DNA of 64,000 bases from Clostridia bacterium (GCA_017501255.1 JAFVXE010000018.1:49950-113949); one strand, 5' to 3'; counted from the stretch's first letter, positions 20,117 to 30,837 are shown. Numbers and translations are program-made. The notes: generated from the letters alone by a model not told the origin.

Positions 20117-21280
20117 ATGGCTATGACGAAACGGCGCATTGCCGTGCTTGGTTCCACCGGCAGCATCGGCTCTCAGGCGCTGATGGTGGCCCGCCTCCAT
20201 GCGGATCGCTTTCAGGTGGTGGCGCTGGTGGCCAACCGTTCCAAGGAACAGTTGTTTGAGCAGGTGCGGGAGTTCCGGCCCCAGATTGCCGGTCTGTGCA
20301 CCCCCATCTCCATGGATGAAGTTCCCCAGGACCTGCGTTTCTGCCAGTGGGTGTTCGGCAAGGAAGCCCTGACGCTGGCTGCCCAGTGCGACTGTGATGA
20401 CGTGCTGGTGTCCGTGGTGGGCATGGCTGGCCTCAGCAGCGTACTGTGCGCCCTGCGCCACCAAAAGCGGGTTCTGCTGGCCAACAAGGAGGCCCTTGTA
20501 GCTGGCGGTCAGCTGGTAACGAAGGCCGCTGCTCAGGCAGGCGAAAATATGCTGCTGCCTGTGGACAGCGAGCACAGCGCCATTTTCCAGTGCTTGCAGG
20601 GCGCAGGCGGCAACCCGGTGGAGCGCATTGCCCTCACCTGCTCCGGCGGCCCCTTCCGCACCTGGGAGGCAGAGGCCATCCGTGCCGCCACCCGGGATGC
20701 GGCGCTGAAGCATCCCAACTGGGTCATGGGCCAGAAGATCACCATCGACTCTGCCACCCTGTTCAACAAGGCGCTGGAGATGATCGAGGCCAAGTGGCTG
20801 TTCGGGGTAACCCCGGAGCAGATTCAGGTGGTGGTGCATCCTCAGAGCGTCATCCACAGCGGCGTGTTCTTCAAGGACGGCGCACTGCTGGCGCAGCTGG
20901 GCACACCGGATATGCGGCTGCCCATCCTCTATGCCATGAGCTACCCGGAGCGCCTGCCCACCGGCGGCGAGGAGCTGGATCTGTTCAAGCTGTCCTCCCT
21001 CACCTTTGAAGCCCCCGACCCCATCCGCTTCCCCTCCTTGCGGCTGGCCCAGGAAACCATGGCAGCTGGCGGAGCAGCCTGCTGCATCCTGAACGCCGCC
21101 AATGAAGAAGCTGTGTTCAAGCTGCTGGGCAAGGGCGGCGAGACCATGCCCATCGGCAGAATTTTTGATGTGGTGGAGGAAACCCTCCAGCGCATGGGCA
21201 ACCGTCCTGCGGACACCGAGGAGCAGGTATTCGCTGCCGATGCGGAAGCCCGGCAGGTGGCACGGAGTCTGCTGGGATAA
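20117..21280 (+). CDS. dxr: 1-deoxy-D-xylulose 5-phosphate reductoisomerase
   Basis: 387 aa. GSTGSIG NADPH motif and conserved Dxr core. Confidence 0.95.
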   Translation: MAMTKRRIAVLGSTGSIGSQALMVARLHADRFQVVALVANRSKEQLFEQVREFRPQIAGLCTPISMDEVPQDLRFCQWVFGKEALTLAAQCDCDDVLVSVVGMAGLSSVLCALRHQKRVLLANKEALVAGGQLVTKAAAQAGENMLLPVDSEHSAIFQCLQGAGGNPVERIALTCSGGPFRTWEAEAIRAATRDAALKHPNWVMGQKITIDSATLFNKALEMIEAKWLFGVTPEQIQVVVHPQSVIHSGVFFKDGALLAQLGTPDMRLPILYAMSYPERLPTGGEELDLFKLSSLTFEAPDPIRFPSLRLAQETMAAGGAACCILNAANEEAVFKLLGKGGETMPIGRIFDVVEETLQRMGNRPADTEEQVFAADAEARQVARSLLG

Positions 21281-21411
21281 AGCGGTTTCAGCCACGGATT
21301 CATCAACACTTTTGCCGGCCGGGTGCGTGAATCGCTGCCCGGCCGCATATGCTATGGGGGAGAACTATTCCTTCCCTCACGGTTATTTCAAAGAAAGGAT
21401 CTGTCAACCTG

Positions 21412-22473
21412 ATGACCATCCTCTACGTTTTTCTGGCCCTCCTGATGCTGGGCGTGCTGATCACCATCCATGAGTTCGGTCATTTTGCCATGGCACGGCT
21501 GTGCGGCATCGAGGTCAAGGAATTTTCCATTGGTTTTGGCAAGCAGCTCTGGGGACGCATGGGCCGCCGGGGAACTCAGTTTTCCCTGCGGTTGATTCCG
21601 CTGGGCGGCTATTGTATGTTCTACGGCGATACCGATGACGACCCCAAAGGGGAAAAGCAGGACGATCCCCGCAACTACAACAAATCCCCCTTCTGGAAGC
21701 GGATGCTGGTGACCATTGCGGGCCCCGCCATGAACGGCGTGCTGGGCTTTGTGCTGGCGGTCATCCTGATGGCCGGTTACGGCGCAGAGGCGGATACGCC
21801 CTTCCTGTACAGCGTGGAGCCCGGTCTTCCTGCCTATGAAGCAGGAATGCAGGCCGGTGACCTCTTTGTGCGGGTGGGCGATGTGGAACTGACGGACGCT
21901 ACCGCCCAGGATGTGAGCAATGCCATCGGCGCCTATGCGGACGGGCAGGAGATTCCCATCACCTTGCTGCGGGACGGGCAGGAACTGGATTTCCTCATCA
22001 CCCCCTACTATAATGAGCAGGAGAAGCGGTACATGATCGGCATCACCATTCAGCAGGGCGCAAAGCGTCTGCCGGTGGGACGGATCATTCCCGAAGCCTG
22101 GAACCTGACCAGCGATGCCGCCGTTGCCATTGTGGAGGCCCTCGGCAAGATGGTCACCACCGGCGAAGGGCTGGACCAGAGCGCCGGCCCGGTGGGCATT
22201 GTATCCATGGTGGCGCAGGAAACCCGCACCGGCGGCCTGCCCGTATATCTGCAACTGGCCATGTTCATCTCCGTCAATCTGGGGCTGATGAATCTTCTGC
22301 CCATTCCCGGGCTGGATGGCAGCCGCCTGATTTTCCTGGCCATTGAGGGCGTGCGGGGCAAGCCGGTGAACCAGAATGTGGAGGCCATGATCCATCTGGC
22401 AGGTTATGTGCTGCTTCTGGGACTGATGGTATTCTTCACTTTCCAGGATGTCAGCCGGTTGTTTGGCGGTTAA
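21412..22473 (+). CDS. rseP: RIP metalloprotease (site-2 protease)
   Basis: HEFGH zinc motif in TM1, PDZ region, and the NLLPIPGLDG motif. Start at ATG 21412. Confidence 0.9.
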   Translation: MTILYVFLALLMLGVLITIHEFGHFAMARLCGIEVKEFSIGFGKQLWGRMGRRGTQFSLRLIPLGGYCMFYGDTDDDPKGEKQDDPRNYNKSPFWKRMLVTIAGPAMNGVLGFVLAVILMAGYGAEADTPFLYSVEPGLPAYEAGMQAGDLFVRVGDVELTDATAQDVSNAIGAYADGQEIPITLLRDGQELDFLITPYYNEQEKRYMIGITIQQGAKRLPVGRIIPEAWNLTSDAAVAIVEALGKMVTTGEGLDQSAGPVGIVSMVAQETRTGGLPVYLQLAMFISVNLGLMNLLPIPGLDGSRLIFLAIEGVRGKPVNQNVEAMIHLAGYVLLLGLMVFFTFQDVSRLFGG

Positions 22474-22616
22474 GAACAAGATGTAAAAATTGCCGATTAC
22501 ACTTAAAGTGGTGTAATTATTTCACGCTTGGGCTTGACAGTCCACTTTTTACCCTGTTAAAATATACTAACAACGTGAAAACGTTTTCTCCATTCTAAAG
22601 AAAGTGGTGCGCGGCT

Positions 22617-23516
22617 ATGCCTACAACGATTTTTCAGCCCATCCATACCTGCAATACCGACCCGGATGTGGTGGTGCAGGGAACGCATACTCCCGCAGAG
22701 TTGGTGCGTCAGTCCGGCGTGTGGATTGATACTGCTGGCAGCGCCTTCCTTTCTCAGGAGGAATATCAGCTGGCGCCCTGCGATGCGCCTCTGTGGCTGG
22801 TGGTGGAGGATGACAGTTTCGACTTCTGCCACGGCGATATGAAGCTGACCCTGCAACGGGGTGAATGCGTGATCGTGCCCGCCCACACCCAGGGCTGCAC
22901 CCTGCGCAAAGCCAAGGATGCCCGCATTTTATGGCTGATTCTCACCGGCCCGCTGATGGAAAACTTCATGCGCCAGATGAACGCCTACAACCGTCTGCCC
23001 GCCCGTCAGGGAATGCTCCCCACCCAGGTGGGACTCATCCGGCAGATTGTGCAGGTGGTGGTGCGCCATATGGATACCGCTGATGCCAGCTTCCAGCTGC
23101 AGCAGCTTCTGTGGGCGCTGCTGGCTGCCCACTGCGGCCAGAGTGTTGCCAACAGCGCTACCCTCAGCTACGAAATCGCCCGTGTGGTGGACGCCATGCG
23201 TGCAGGCAGCTACAAGGATTCCTTCAGCCTTGCTGAAATGGCGGCCATCAGCCGTATGCCGGTGGAAACCTTTCGCAAGCGCTTTACCGCCGAGCTGGGC
23301 ATTCCCCCGCTGGGTTATCTGCAATTCCTCAAAATGGAGCGGGCCAAGAGCCTTCTGCGCAGCGGTGTGGGTGTTCGCCAGACCGGCGTGGAGATCGGTA
23401 TGCCGGATCCCTATCACTTCAGCAAGCAGTTCAAGCACGTGGTGGGCATGAGTCCCACCGCCTACCTCAAGCACGTGGGCGGCAAGGGCGACGCCGCCGA
23501 CCCGGCAGACGTCTGA
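22617..23516 (+). CDS. AraC family transcriptional regulator
   Basis: 299 aa with a cupin-like N-terminus and a C-terminal AraC HTH pair. Promoter TTGACA-18-TAAAAT upstream. Confidence 0.85.
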   Translation: MPTTIFQPIHTCNTDPDVVVQGTHTPAELVRQSGVWIDTAGSAFLSQEEYQLAPCDAPLWLVVEDDSFDFCHGDMKLTLQRGECVIVPAHTQGCTLRKAKDARILWLILTGPLMENFMRQMNAYNRLPARQGMLPTQVGLIRQIVQVVVRHMDTADASFQLQQLLWALLAAHCGQSVANSATLSYEIARVVDAMRAGSYKDSFSLAEMAAISRMPVETFRKRFTAELGIPPLGYLQFLKMERAKSLLRSGVGVRQTGVEIGMPDPYHFSKQFKHVVGMSPTAYLKHVGGKGDAADPADV

Positions 23517-23678
23517 CCCAAAAAAATTCACAAGCGAAAAAACAGGAAAAATGCAGAGGTGGAAATGCTTACATGAGCATTTCCACCTTTCGAAACTCTT
23601 GCGAAAACAGAAACCTGTGCTATACTGATGGTTGCGGCACCATTGCCGCATGGAGAATTGTGTTAAGGAGAGAACACG

Positions 23679-24731
23679 ATGATTAAGAAGATTGGCATTC
23701 TGACCAGCGGCGGCGACAGCCCCGGAATGAATGCGGCGGTTGTGGCCGTCGCCCGTTGCGCTGCCATGTATGATATCAAACTGATGGGCATCAAGCGCGG
23801 CTACAACGGCCTGCTGGGCTTGAGTGACAACCCCGAGGACGATATTGCCGAGCTGAACCTGGAAACGGTGCTGGATATTGCTGACCAGCGCGGCACCTTC
23901 CTGCGTACTGCCCGCTGCGACGAATTCAAGAAGCCCGAAGTGCAGCGTCAGGCTGCCCAGACCTTGCGTGAGCTGGGCGTGGACGCTCTGGTGGTCATCG
24001 GCGGCGATGGCAGCTTCAACGGCGCTATGCGTCTGTGCGAGCTGGGCATCCCCTGCGTTACCATCCCCGGCACCATCGACAACGACCTGGGCTACACCGA
24101 GCAGACCCTTGGTTTCGATACCGCTGTCAACGTCTGCGTGGAAGCCGTCCGTTCCATCCGCGCCACCAGCCGCAGCCACGACCGCCCCTCTGTTGTGCAG
24201 GTAATGGGCCGTCATGCCGGCGATATTGCCATGCGTACCGCTATGGCCACTGGCGCTGAAATGGTGGTCTGCCCCGAAATGGAGTGGGATACCGACGAAC
24301 TGGCCGCCCGCCTCAATGGGCTGATCGCCAAGGGCAACACCCGTGCCACTTTGGTCATTGGTGAAAACTGCTGGCACAAGATGAAGGAATTTGACTGGCG
24401 CAAGTTCCTTAACGACAACGGCAAGACCATCTATCCCGGCGAACCCCTCAACGCCGAGCGTCTGGCCAGCATCCTCAAGCGCAAGTGCAACGGCATCGAA
24501 GCCCGTGCCACCGTTATCGGTTACACCCAGCGCGGCGCCGTGCCCAGCGCCTCCGACAGCGCCTTCGCTTTCGAAGCCGGTCATCTGGCTGTGCAGCTGC
24601 TCAACCGCGGCATCGCCAACCAGGCCATCGGTCTGCGCCACGGTCAGGTGTTCAATATGCCCATTGCCGACGCTCTGAGCATGAAGAAGCACTTCAACCG
24701 TGAACTGTATGATCTGATCAATAAGCTGTAA
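23679..24731 (+). CDS. pfkA: ATP-dependent 6-phosphofructokinase
   Basis: 350 aa. N-terminal GILTSGGDSPGMNAA and GGDGS motifs. Confidence 0.9.
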   Translation: MIKKIGILTSGGDSPGMNAAVVAVARCAAMYDIKLMGIKRGYNGLLGLSDNPEDDIAELNLETVLDIADQRGTFLRTARCDEFKKPEVQRQAAQTLRELGVDALVVIGGDGSFNGAMRLCELGIPCVTIPGTIDNDLGYTEQTLGFDTAVNVCVEAVRSIRATSRSHDRPSVVQVMGRHAGDIAMRTAMATGAEMVVCPEMEWDTDELAARLNGLIAKGNTRATLVIGENCWHKMKEFDWRKFLNDNGKTIYPGEPLNAERLASILKRKCNGIEARATVIGYTQRGAVPSASDSAFAFEAGHLAVQLLNRGIANQAIGLRHGQVFNMPIADALSMKKHFNRELYDLINKL

Positions 24732-24746
24732 TGCATCAAACAGCGC

Positions 24747-24786
24747 GCCCCGACAGGTTTGCGTGTCGGGGCGTGCTTTTGCTTTG
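24747..24786 (+). terminator. rho-independent terminator after pfkA
   Basis: GCCCCGACA/TGTCGGGGC stem followed by a T-rich tract. Confidence 0.7.
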
Positions 24787-24809
24787 TCAGGCAAAACGGA
24801 GGATTTCCA

Positions 24810-25376
24810 TTGAAACATACAGGAACCCAAACCATCGAAACCCAACGGTTGATTCTCCGGCGGTTGAAACCCACGGACAGTGAGATGATGTTTCGCAACT
24901 GGACAAGCGATCCCGAAGTGACGCGCTTTCTGCGCTGGGAGGCCCACCAAAGCCTGGACGAGACCCAGCGTATGCTCCAACAATGGTTGGGCCGCTATGT
25001 AGCAGAAGATACCTATTACTGGGCGATCACCCTGAAAGATGGGAAAATGATCGGCTCGATCGGGGTTGAAATCTCATCAGAATGTGATTTGCGGGGGTCG
25101 CTTGGGTATAAGATCGGAAGCCGCTGGTGGAATCAGGGCTATGCAAGCGAGGCAACCAAGGCGGTGATCGATTATCTGTTTCAGTGTACGGATGTGGAGC
25201 GGCTTGATGCCTTTCATTCAGTTCATAACCGGGCGTCCGGCTGCGTAATGGAAAAAGCCGGTATGCAGTACGAAGGATTATTGCGTAATTATTATCGGAC
25301 ACGGGATGGTTTTCACGATTGTGCGTTATATGCTGTCATACGCAGCGATTGGGAGAAAATGAATGGATTGCGCTGA
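24810..25376 (+). CDS. GNAT family N-acetyltransferase (RimJ/RimL-like)
   Basis: The ORF starts after the pfkA terminator, at TTG 24810 with RBS GGAGG. Sequence is RimJ-like (TQRLILRR...WNQGYASEA). Confidence 0.8.
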   Translation: MKHTGTQTIETQRLILRRLKPTDSEMMFRNWTSDPEVTRFLRWEAHQSLDETQRMLQQWLGRYVAEDTYYWAITLKDGKMIGSIGVEISSECDLRGSLGYKIGSRWWNQGYASEATKAVIDYLFQCTDVERLDAFHSVHNRASGCVMEKAGMQYEGLLRNYYRTRDGFHDCALYAVIRSDWEKMNGLR

Positions 25377-25420
25377 AGAAAGATGACTGCCGGGCGATAT
25401 GAACTGGCCCGGCAGTTTGT

Positions 25421-25606
25421 TTACAGATCGTCCTGATCCTGCACTGGCTGACCGCCATCAGCTGGCGTACCGGTATAGCTGCCCAGCACATCGCTGTGAT
25501 CCCGCTGGGACTGTTCCTGCATCACATGGGCAGTGACGGAGGCTTTGGCTGGGTTCTGCGGACCGTCTGCCTGTTTTTTACGATGGAGCTGTTTGGGTTC
25601 ATTCAT
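25421..25606 (-). CDS. small hypothetical protein
   Basis: 61 aa, hydrophilic, with RBS AAAGGA. No recognisable domain. Confidence 0.3.
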   Translation of the reverse strand: MNEPKQLHRKKQADGPQNPAKASVTAHVMQEQSQRDHSDVLGSYTGTPADGGQPVQDQDDL

Positions 25607-25804
25607 GATGTTTCATCCTTTCCCAATGTTTTGCCGCAAGGAGAACCATTGCTCAGGGTATGACATCCATAGTTTGAGCGGGAAGGCAGCTTTTCATGTA
25701 TGATCTATGGGAGTTATTCCGGCAAAAAGAGCAGGAAAAATCGTTGCAGATCAAAGGTTTCGCATCTCTTTGCGAAAAAAAACAGAAAAATTTCAATTTG
25801 GGGG

Positions 25805-25833
25805 TTTACAAACGATAAAACCTGTGTTAATAT
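25805..25833 (+). promoter_or_regulatory. promoter for tRNA-Ala
   Basis: TTTACA (25805-10), 17-nt spacer, TAATAT (25828-33). About 38 nt upstream of the tRNA. Confidence 0.5.
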
Positions 25834-25870
25834 ATATCTCGCTGATGAGGCAACCGCCACTGAAAGCCAT

Positions 25871-25946
25871 GGGGCATTAGCGCAGTTGGTAGCGCACAAC
25901 ACTGGCAGTGTTGGGGTCAGGAGTTCGAGTCTCCTATGCTCCACCA
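25871..25946 (+). tRNA. tRNA-Ala (anticodon GGC), CCA encoded
   Basis: Hand-folded 76-nt cloverleaf: 7-bp acceptor stem with G3:U70, anticodon loop CTGGCAG, T-loop TTCGAGT, discriminator A, CCA. Confidence 0.95.
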
Positions 25947-25953
25947 TACCGGA

Positions 25954-26005
25954 GAAATCCGAACTTGATTCCTGTGGGGAACGGGTTCGGATTTCTTCTT
26001 TATTT
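25954..26005 (+). terminator. terminator after tRNA-Ala
   Basis: GAAATCCGAAC/GTTCGGATTTC stem followed by a T-rich tract. Confidence 0.7.
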
Positions 26006-26103
26006 CAAAGAAATAGAATGCTGATGGAATGTTCCATTGGCATACAGAAAAAGCAGGACTGCGATCCATATCACAGTTCTGCTTTTTTCTATGAAAGAAA
26101 CAC

Positions 26104-26157
26104 TTTACACATTCTTTACCTTCTCAGTATTTGTTTGAAACACTCCGGCAGTATGAT
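26104..26157 (+). promoter_or_regulatory. candidate Pho box plus -10 element for the pst operon
   Basis: Direct repeats TTTACA (26104) and TTTACC (26115) are 11 bp apart. TATGAT -10 at 26152. No good -35. Confidence 0.4.
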
Positions 26158-26194
26158 TCCATCGTACCCGAAAGAAGAAAGGAAGGTAGAAAGA

Positions 26195-27043
26195 ATGAAA
26201 AAGCTGATTTCCATCCTGTTGACCCTGACCCTGCTGATGACCACCGCCTTTGCCCTTGCTGAGGAGATCAATGTCATCTCACGCGAGGATGGCTCCGGTA
26301 CCCGTGGCGCGTTCATCGAGCTGTTCGGCATTGAGCAGAAGAACGAAATGGGCGAAAAGATCGACTACACCACCGACGACTGCGACATCACCAATTCCAC
26401 CTCCGTTATGATGACCAGCGTGGCGGGCAATGACTGCGCCATCGGCTACATCAGCCTCGGTTCCATGAACGATACCGTCAAGGCGCTGCCCATCGACGGT
26501 ACGGAGGCTTCTGTGGAGAACATCAAGAATGGCAGCTACAAGGTGGCCCGTCCCTTCAACATTGCCACCAAGGCTGAGGTAAACGACGCTGCCAATGACT
26601 TCATCGCCTTCATTATGAGCGCAGAGGGTCAGGCAATTGTAGAAGAAAACGGCTACATTGCCGTGGTGGAAGACGCCTCCGCTTTTGAGGGCGGCAAGGT
26701 GTCCGGCAAGATCGTCATTGCCGGTTCCTCCTCTGTCACGCCTGTGATGGAAAAGCTCAAGGAGGCCTATGAAGCCATCAACCCCAATGTGGAAATCGAG
26801 CTCCAGCAGAGCGACTCCTCCTCCGGCATGACCGCCACCATGGACGGCGTGTGCGACATCGGCATGGCCTCCCGTGCCCTGAAGGATTCCGAAACGGAAG
26901 CGGGTCTGGTACCCATGACCATCGCCATGGATGGTATCGCTGTCATCGTCAGCCCCGAAAACCCCGTGGAAGGCCTGACCTCCGAGCAGGTGCGGGATAT
27001 CTACATGGGCGAGATCACCGAGTGGAGCGAGGTTAATGAATAA
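26195..27043 (+). CDS. pstS: phosphate ABC transporter substrate-binding protein
   Basis: Start at ATG 26195 (MKKLISILL, signal-peptide-like N-terminus, no lipobox Cys) with RBS GGAAGG. PstS-family sequence. The long track ORF reads through the tRNA and is rejected. Confidence 0.9.
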   Translation: MKKLISILLTLTLLMTTAFALAEEINVISREDGSGTRGAFIELFGIEQKNEMGEKIDYTTDDCDITNSTSVMMTSVAGNDCAIGYISLGSMNDTVKALPIDGTEASVENIKNGSYKVARPFNIATKAEVNDAANDFIAFIMSAEGQAIVEENGYIAVVEDASAFEGGKVSGKIVIAGSSSVTPVMEKLKEAYEAINPNVEIELQQSDSSSGMTATMDGVCDIGMASRALKDSETEAGLVPMTIAMDGIAVIVSPENPVEGLTSEQVRDIYMGEITEWSEVNE

Positions 27044-27899
27044 GTTCAAGGTTCAGGCTATGAAGGAGGGCGCTGCGAAAGTGGCGTTCACCTTCACGGC
27101 CCTTGTTTCCATTCTGGCGGTAGCGCTGATCTGTCTGTTTTTGTTCGCCAATGGCATCCCCGGCATGGCGAAGATCGGCGTATGGGATTTCCTCTCCGGG
27201 GAAAAGTGGAAGCCCGGGCAGGAGGTATTTGGTATCCTGCCATTCATTCTAGGTTCGGTATATGTAACCGCTGGGGCGCTGGTGGTGGGTGTTCCCGCTG
27301 GACTTCTGACAGCGCTGTACCTGTCCCGTTTTGCTTCCCAAAAGGCTGCCAAACTGCTGCGCCCCGCCGTGCAGCTGCTGGCGGGCATTCCCTCGGTGGT
27401 GTATGGCTTCTTCGGGCTGGTGGTGTTGGTGCCGCTGGTTCGGGAAGTTTTCGGTGGTACAGGCTCGTCCCTGCTGACAGCCAGCGTGCTGCTGGGCATG
27501 ATGATCCTGCCCACCATCATCACCGTGGCAGAATCTGCGCTGAACGCTGTGCCCGCTTCCTACTATGAGGGCGCGCTGGCGTTGGGGGCCACCCATGAGC
27601 GCAGTGTGTTCCATGTGATTTTCCCGGCAGCCAAATCCGGCGTAATGGCGGGTATCATACTAGGCATTGGCCGTGCCATTGGCGAGGCTACCGCTGTGAT
27701 GATGGTGGCTGGCAACCGTACCTCCATGCCCAAGGGCCTTTTGAAGGGCGTGCGAACTCTGACCAGCAATATCGTCATTGAGATGGGCTATGCCACCGAC
27801 CTGCACCGGGAGGCGCTGATTGCCACCGCTGTGGTGCTGTTCGTGTTCATCCTGCTGATCAACGTACTCACCAGTATCCTCAAAAGGAGGTCAGACTGA
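27036..27899 (+). CDS. pstC: phosphate ABC transporter permease
   Basis: 287 aa, 6 TM, EAA-like loop. Overlaps the pstS stop. Confidence 0.9.
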   Translation: MNKFKVQAMKEGAAKVAFTFTALVSILAVALICLFLFANGIPGMAKIGVWDFLSGEKWKPGQEVFGILPFILGSVYVTAGALVVGVPAGLLTALYLSRFASQKAAKLLRPAVQLLAGIPSVVYGFFGLVVLVPLVREVFGGTGSSLLTASVLLGMMILPTIITVAESALNAVPASYYEGALALGATHERSVFHVIFPAAKSGVMAGIILGIGRAIGEATAVMMVAGNRTSMPKGLLKGVRTLTSNIVIEMGYATDLHREALIATAVVLFVFILLINVLTSILKRRSD

Positions 27900-28750
27900 T
27901 GCGTGCAAAGGTTCAAGCCACATTCTACCGGTCCGCCGTGTATGCGGGTACCGTTTTTTCGGTGGGTGTACTGCTGCTGATCGTGGGGTATATCCTCATC
28001 AAGGGCATTCCCAACCTGTCACCGGAGCTGTTTGCATGGAAGTATAACTCCACCAATGTTTCCATGATGCCCGCCATCATCAATACCCTGCTGATGACGC
28101 TGCTTTCCCTGCTGGTCTGCGTACCGCTGGGCATCGGCGCGGCCATCTGGCTGACGGAATACGCCCCGCGAGGCAGCAAACTGGTGAAGCTGGTGCGCAT
28201 GACGGCGGAAACCCTCTCCGGCATTCCCTCCATCATCTATGGCCTGTTCGGTTCGCTGTTTTTCGTGGTTGCGCTGAAGATGGGATTGTCCCTGCTGTCC
28301 GGTGCGCTGACGCTGAGCATAATGGTATTGCCCACCATTATGCGCACTACGGAGGAAGCCCTGCTGGCAGTGCCGGACAGCTACCGGGAGGGCAGCTTCG
28401 GCCTTGGTGCGGGGCGGCTCCGTACCACCTTCAAGGTGGTTCTGCCCAGCGCAGTACCAGGCATCCTCTCCGGCGTGATTCTTGCCATCGGGCGCATTGT
28501 GGGCGAAACTGCCGCCCTCATCTATACCGCCGGTACCGTTGCCAAGGTGCCGGGCAGTCTGCTGGATTCCACCCGCACGCTGGCGGTGCACATGTACACC
28601 ATTTCCACCGAGGGTCTGTACATCGGTCAAAGCTATGCCACCGCCGTGGTGCTCTTGGGTATGGTGCTGCTGATCAACAGCCTGTCTGCGTTCATTGCCA
28701 AAAAAGTCGGACACAGCACAACAGGCAAACAGGAGGAAAAGCACTCATGA
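27899..28750 (+). CDS. pstA: phosphate ABC transporter permease
   Basis: 283 aa permease, translationally coupled to pstC. Confidence 0.9.
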   Translation: MRAKVQATFYRSAVYAGTVFSVGVLLLIVGYILIKGIPNLSPELFAWKYNSTNVSMMPAIINTLLMTLLSLLVCVPLGIGAAIWLTEYAPRGSKLVKLVRMTAETLSGIPSIIYGLFGSLFFVVALKMGLSLLSGALTLSIMVLPTIMRTTEEALLAVPDSYREGSFGLGAGRLRTTFKVVLPSAVPGILSGVILAIGRIVGETAALIYTAGTVAKVPGSLLDSTRTLAVHMYTISTEGLYIGQSYATAVVLLGMVLLINSLSAFIAKKVGHSTTGKQEEKHS

Positions 28751-29493
28751 AAATAGAGATCAACAACCTTGACTTGCATTACGGCAGTTTTCACGCCCTG
28801 AAAGGCGTGAATCTGGCCATTCATGAAAAAGAGATCACCGCCTTTATCGGCCCCAGCGGCTGTGGCAAATCCACGTTGCTGAAAAGCCTAAACCGCATGA
28901 ACGACTTGGTGGAGGGCTGCAAAATCACCGGGCAGGTGCTGCTGGATGGCATGGATGTATACAAGGAAATGGATGCCGCCCTGCTGCGCAAGCGGGTGGG
29001 CATGGTGTTCCAGAAGCCCAATCCCTTTCCCATGAGCATTTATGACAACATCGCCTTTGGCCCCCGCACCCATGGTATCCATTCCAAGGCCAAGCTGGAT
29101 GATATCATCGAGCGCAGCCTGCGCAATGCCGCCATCTGGGATGAACTGAAAGACCGCCTGAAAAAGGACGCGCTGGGACTGTCCGGCGGTCAGCAGCAGC
29201 GGCTGTGCATTGCCCGGGCGCTGGCGGTGGAGCCGGAGGTTCTGCTGATGGACGAGCCCACCTCCGCCCTTGACCCCATCTCCACCAGCAGGATCGAAGA
29301 CCTTGCCCTGCAGCTCAAGCAGGACTACACCATCGTCATGGTGACCCACAACATGCAGCAGGCTGCCCGCATCTCTGACCGAACCGCCTTTTTCCTGCTG
29401 GGTGAAGTGATCGAATACGACGAGACCGGCAAAATTTTCTCCATGCCCAAGGATCAGCGCACGGAGGACTACATCACCGGCCGCTTTGGCTAA
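28747..29493 (+). CDS. pstB: phosphate ABC transporter ATP-binding protein
   Basis: Walker A GPSGCGKS, signature LSGGQQQR, Walker B LLMDEP. Confidence 0.95.
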   Translation: MKIEINNLDLHYGSFHALKGVNLAIHEKEITAFIGPSGCGKSTLLKSLNRMNDLVEGCKITGQVLLDGMDVYKEMDAALLRKRVGMVFQKPNPFPMSIYDNIAFGPRTHGIHSKAKLDDIIERSLRNAAIWDELKDRLKKDALGLSGGQQQRLCIARALAVEPEVLLMDEPTSALDPISTSRIEDLALQLKQDYTIVMVTHNMQQAARISDRTAFFLLGEVIEYDETGKIFSMPKDQRTEDYITGRFG

Positions 29494-29506
29494 GGAGGAA
29501 CATCCC

Positions 29507-30163
29507 ATGAGAAACCGTTTTGACGAGCAGCTGAGCCTGCTCAACCACGAATTGCTGGAAATGGGCGCGCTGGTGGAAAGCGCCATCCGCAGCGCCACTA
29601 CTGCATTGGTGAATCAGGATGTGGAGGCGGCCCTTGCCTCCATCACTGCCGATAAGGATGTGGATCAGGCGGAGCGGGATAGCGAATCCCTGTGCCTGAA
29701 ACTGCTTTTGCAGCAGCAACCTGTAGCAAGGGACTTGCGCTTGATCTCCTCAGCCCTTAAAATGATAACGGATATGGAGCGCATCGGTGATCAGGCCTCT
29801 GATATTTCCGAGATTGTCATCTACCTGTCCAGCGAGCCCTATATCAAGCAGCTGGAGCATCTGCCCCTGATGGCGGAAAAGGCTATCCGTATGGTGACGG
29901 CTGCGCTGGATGCCTATGTCCGCAAGGATGTGAAGCTGGCGCAGGAAGTGATGGATATGGATGATGAGATTGACAGCCTGTTCACCACCGTGAAGGACGA
30001 GTTGATCACCCTCATCCGGGGCGATGCGGCAGCCGGCTCCCAGGCCATTGACCTGCTGATGATCGCCAAGTACTACGAGCGCATCGGCGACCACGCCCAG
30101 AACATTGCCGAGTGGGTGGAATACGCCCTTACCGGGCGGCACAAAGGAGTTTTCCTCACATGA
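29507..30163 (+). CDS. phoU: phosphate signalling complex protein PhoU
   Basis: Two PhoU repeats. Start at ATG 29507 with RBS AGGAGG. Confidence 0.9.
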   Translation: MRNRFDEQLSLLNHELLEMGALVESAIRSATTALVNQDVEAALASITADKDVDQAERDSESLCLKLLLQQQPVARDLRLISSALKMITDMERIGDQASDISEIVIYLSSEPYIKQLEHLPLMAEKAIRMVTAALDAYVRKDVKLAQEVMDMDDEIDSLFTTVKDELITLIRGDAAAGSQAIDLLMIAKYYERIGDHAQNIAEWVEYALTGRHKGVFLT

Positions 30164-30837
30164 TCTATTACGTTGAAGACGATGACAACATCCGGGAATT
30201 GGTGGTTTACACCCTTCTGCAGATGAACATGCCCTGTCGGGGCTTTGCAGAGGGCAAGGCCTTCCGGACTGCCATTGCAGAAGAAAAACCCGATCTGGTG
30301 CTTCTGGACATCATGCTGCCCGGGGAGGACGGCATGAGCCTGTTGCAGTTTCTCCGGGAAAACCAGCAGACGGCGGAGATCCCTGTCATCATGCTCACCG
30401 CCAAGGGTACCGAAATGGATAAGGTGCAGGGGCTGGATCACGGAGCGGATGACTACATGACCAAGCCCTTCGGCATGGCAGAGCTGGTGGCCCGTATCCG
30501 GGCCCGCCTGCGCCGCACAGGTACAAAAACAGATGCGGAGACACTTCGTTGCGGTACGCTTTCCATCGACCGCCGTGCCCACAAGGCCTTTGTTGATGAT
30601 GAGGAAGTGCCCCTGACCTTGAAGGAATATGATCTGCTGCTCCTGCTGATGGAAAACAGCGGCGCCGTTTTTACCCGGGAGCAGCTATTGGAGCGCATCT
30701 GGGAGATGGGCTATGACGGCGGTAGCCGCACAGTGGATGTGCATGTGCAGACGCTCCGCAGCAAGCTGGGGCACTGCGCCTGCATGATCGAAACCGTGCG
30801 CGGCGTGGGCTATCGGTTTGGAGGCGATCCGGCATGA
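30160..30837 (+). CDS. OmpR-family response regulator (Pho regulon type)
   Basis: Receiver domain (DD...D...K) plus a winged-helix C-terminus. ATG 30160 overlaps the phoU stop. Confidence 0.9.
   Translation: MIYYVEDDDNIRELVVYTLLQMNMPCRGFAEGKAFRTAIAEEKPDLVLLDIMLPGEDGMSLLQFLRENQQTAEIPVIMLTAKGTEMDKVQGLDHGADDYMTKPFGMAELVARIRARLRRTGTKTDAETLRCGTLSIDRRAHKAFVDDEEVPLTLKEYDLLLLLMENSGAVFTREQLLERIWEMGYDGGSRTVDVHVQTLRSKLGHCACMIETVRGVGYRFGGDPA

Noticed and set aside
25714-25947. Minus-strand ORFs sharing the peptide EHRRLELLTPTLPVL (also 57705-57965).
   Set aside because: They are translations of the reverse complement of the tRNA-Ala sequence and of its 50-nt copy. They were useful only as a flag for the repeat.
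25700-27043. 447-aa version of pstS starting at 25700.
   Set aside because: The extension reads straight through the tRNA-Ala gene and two terminators. A proper signal-peptide-like N-terminus with an RBS starts at 26195.
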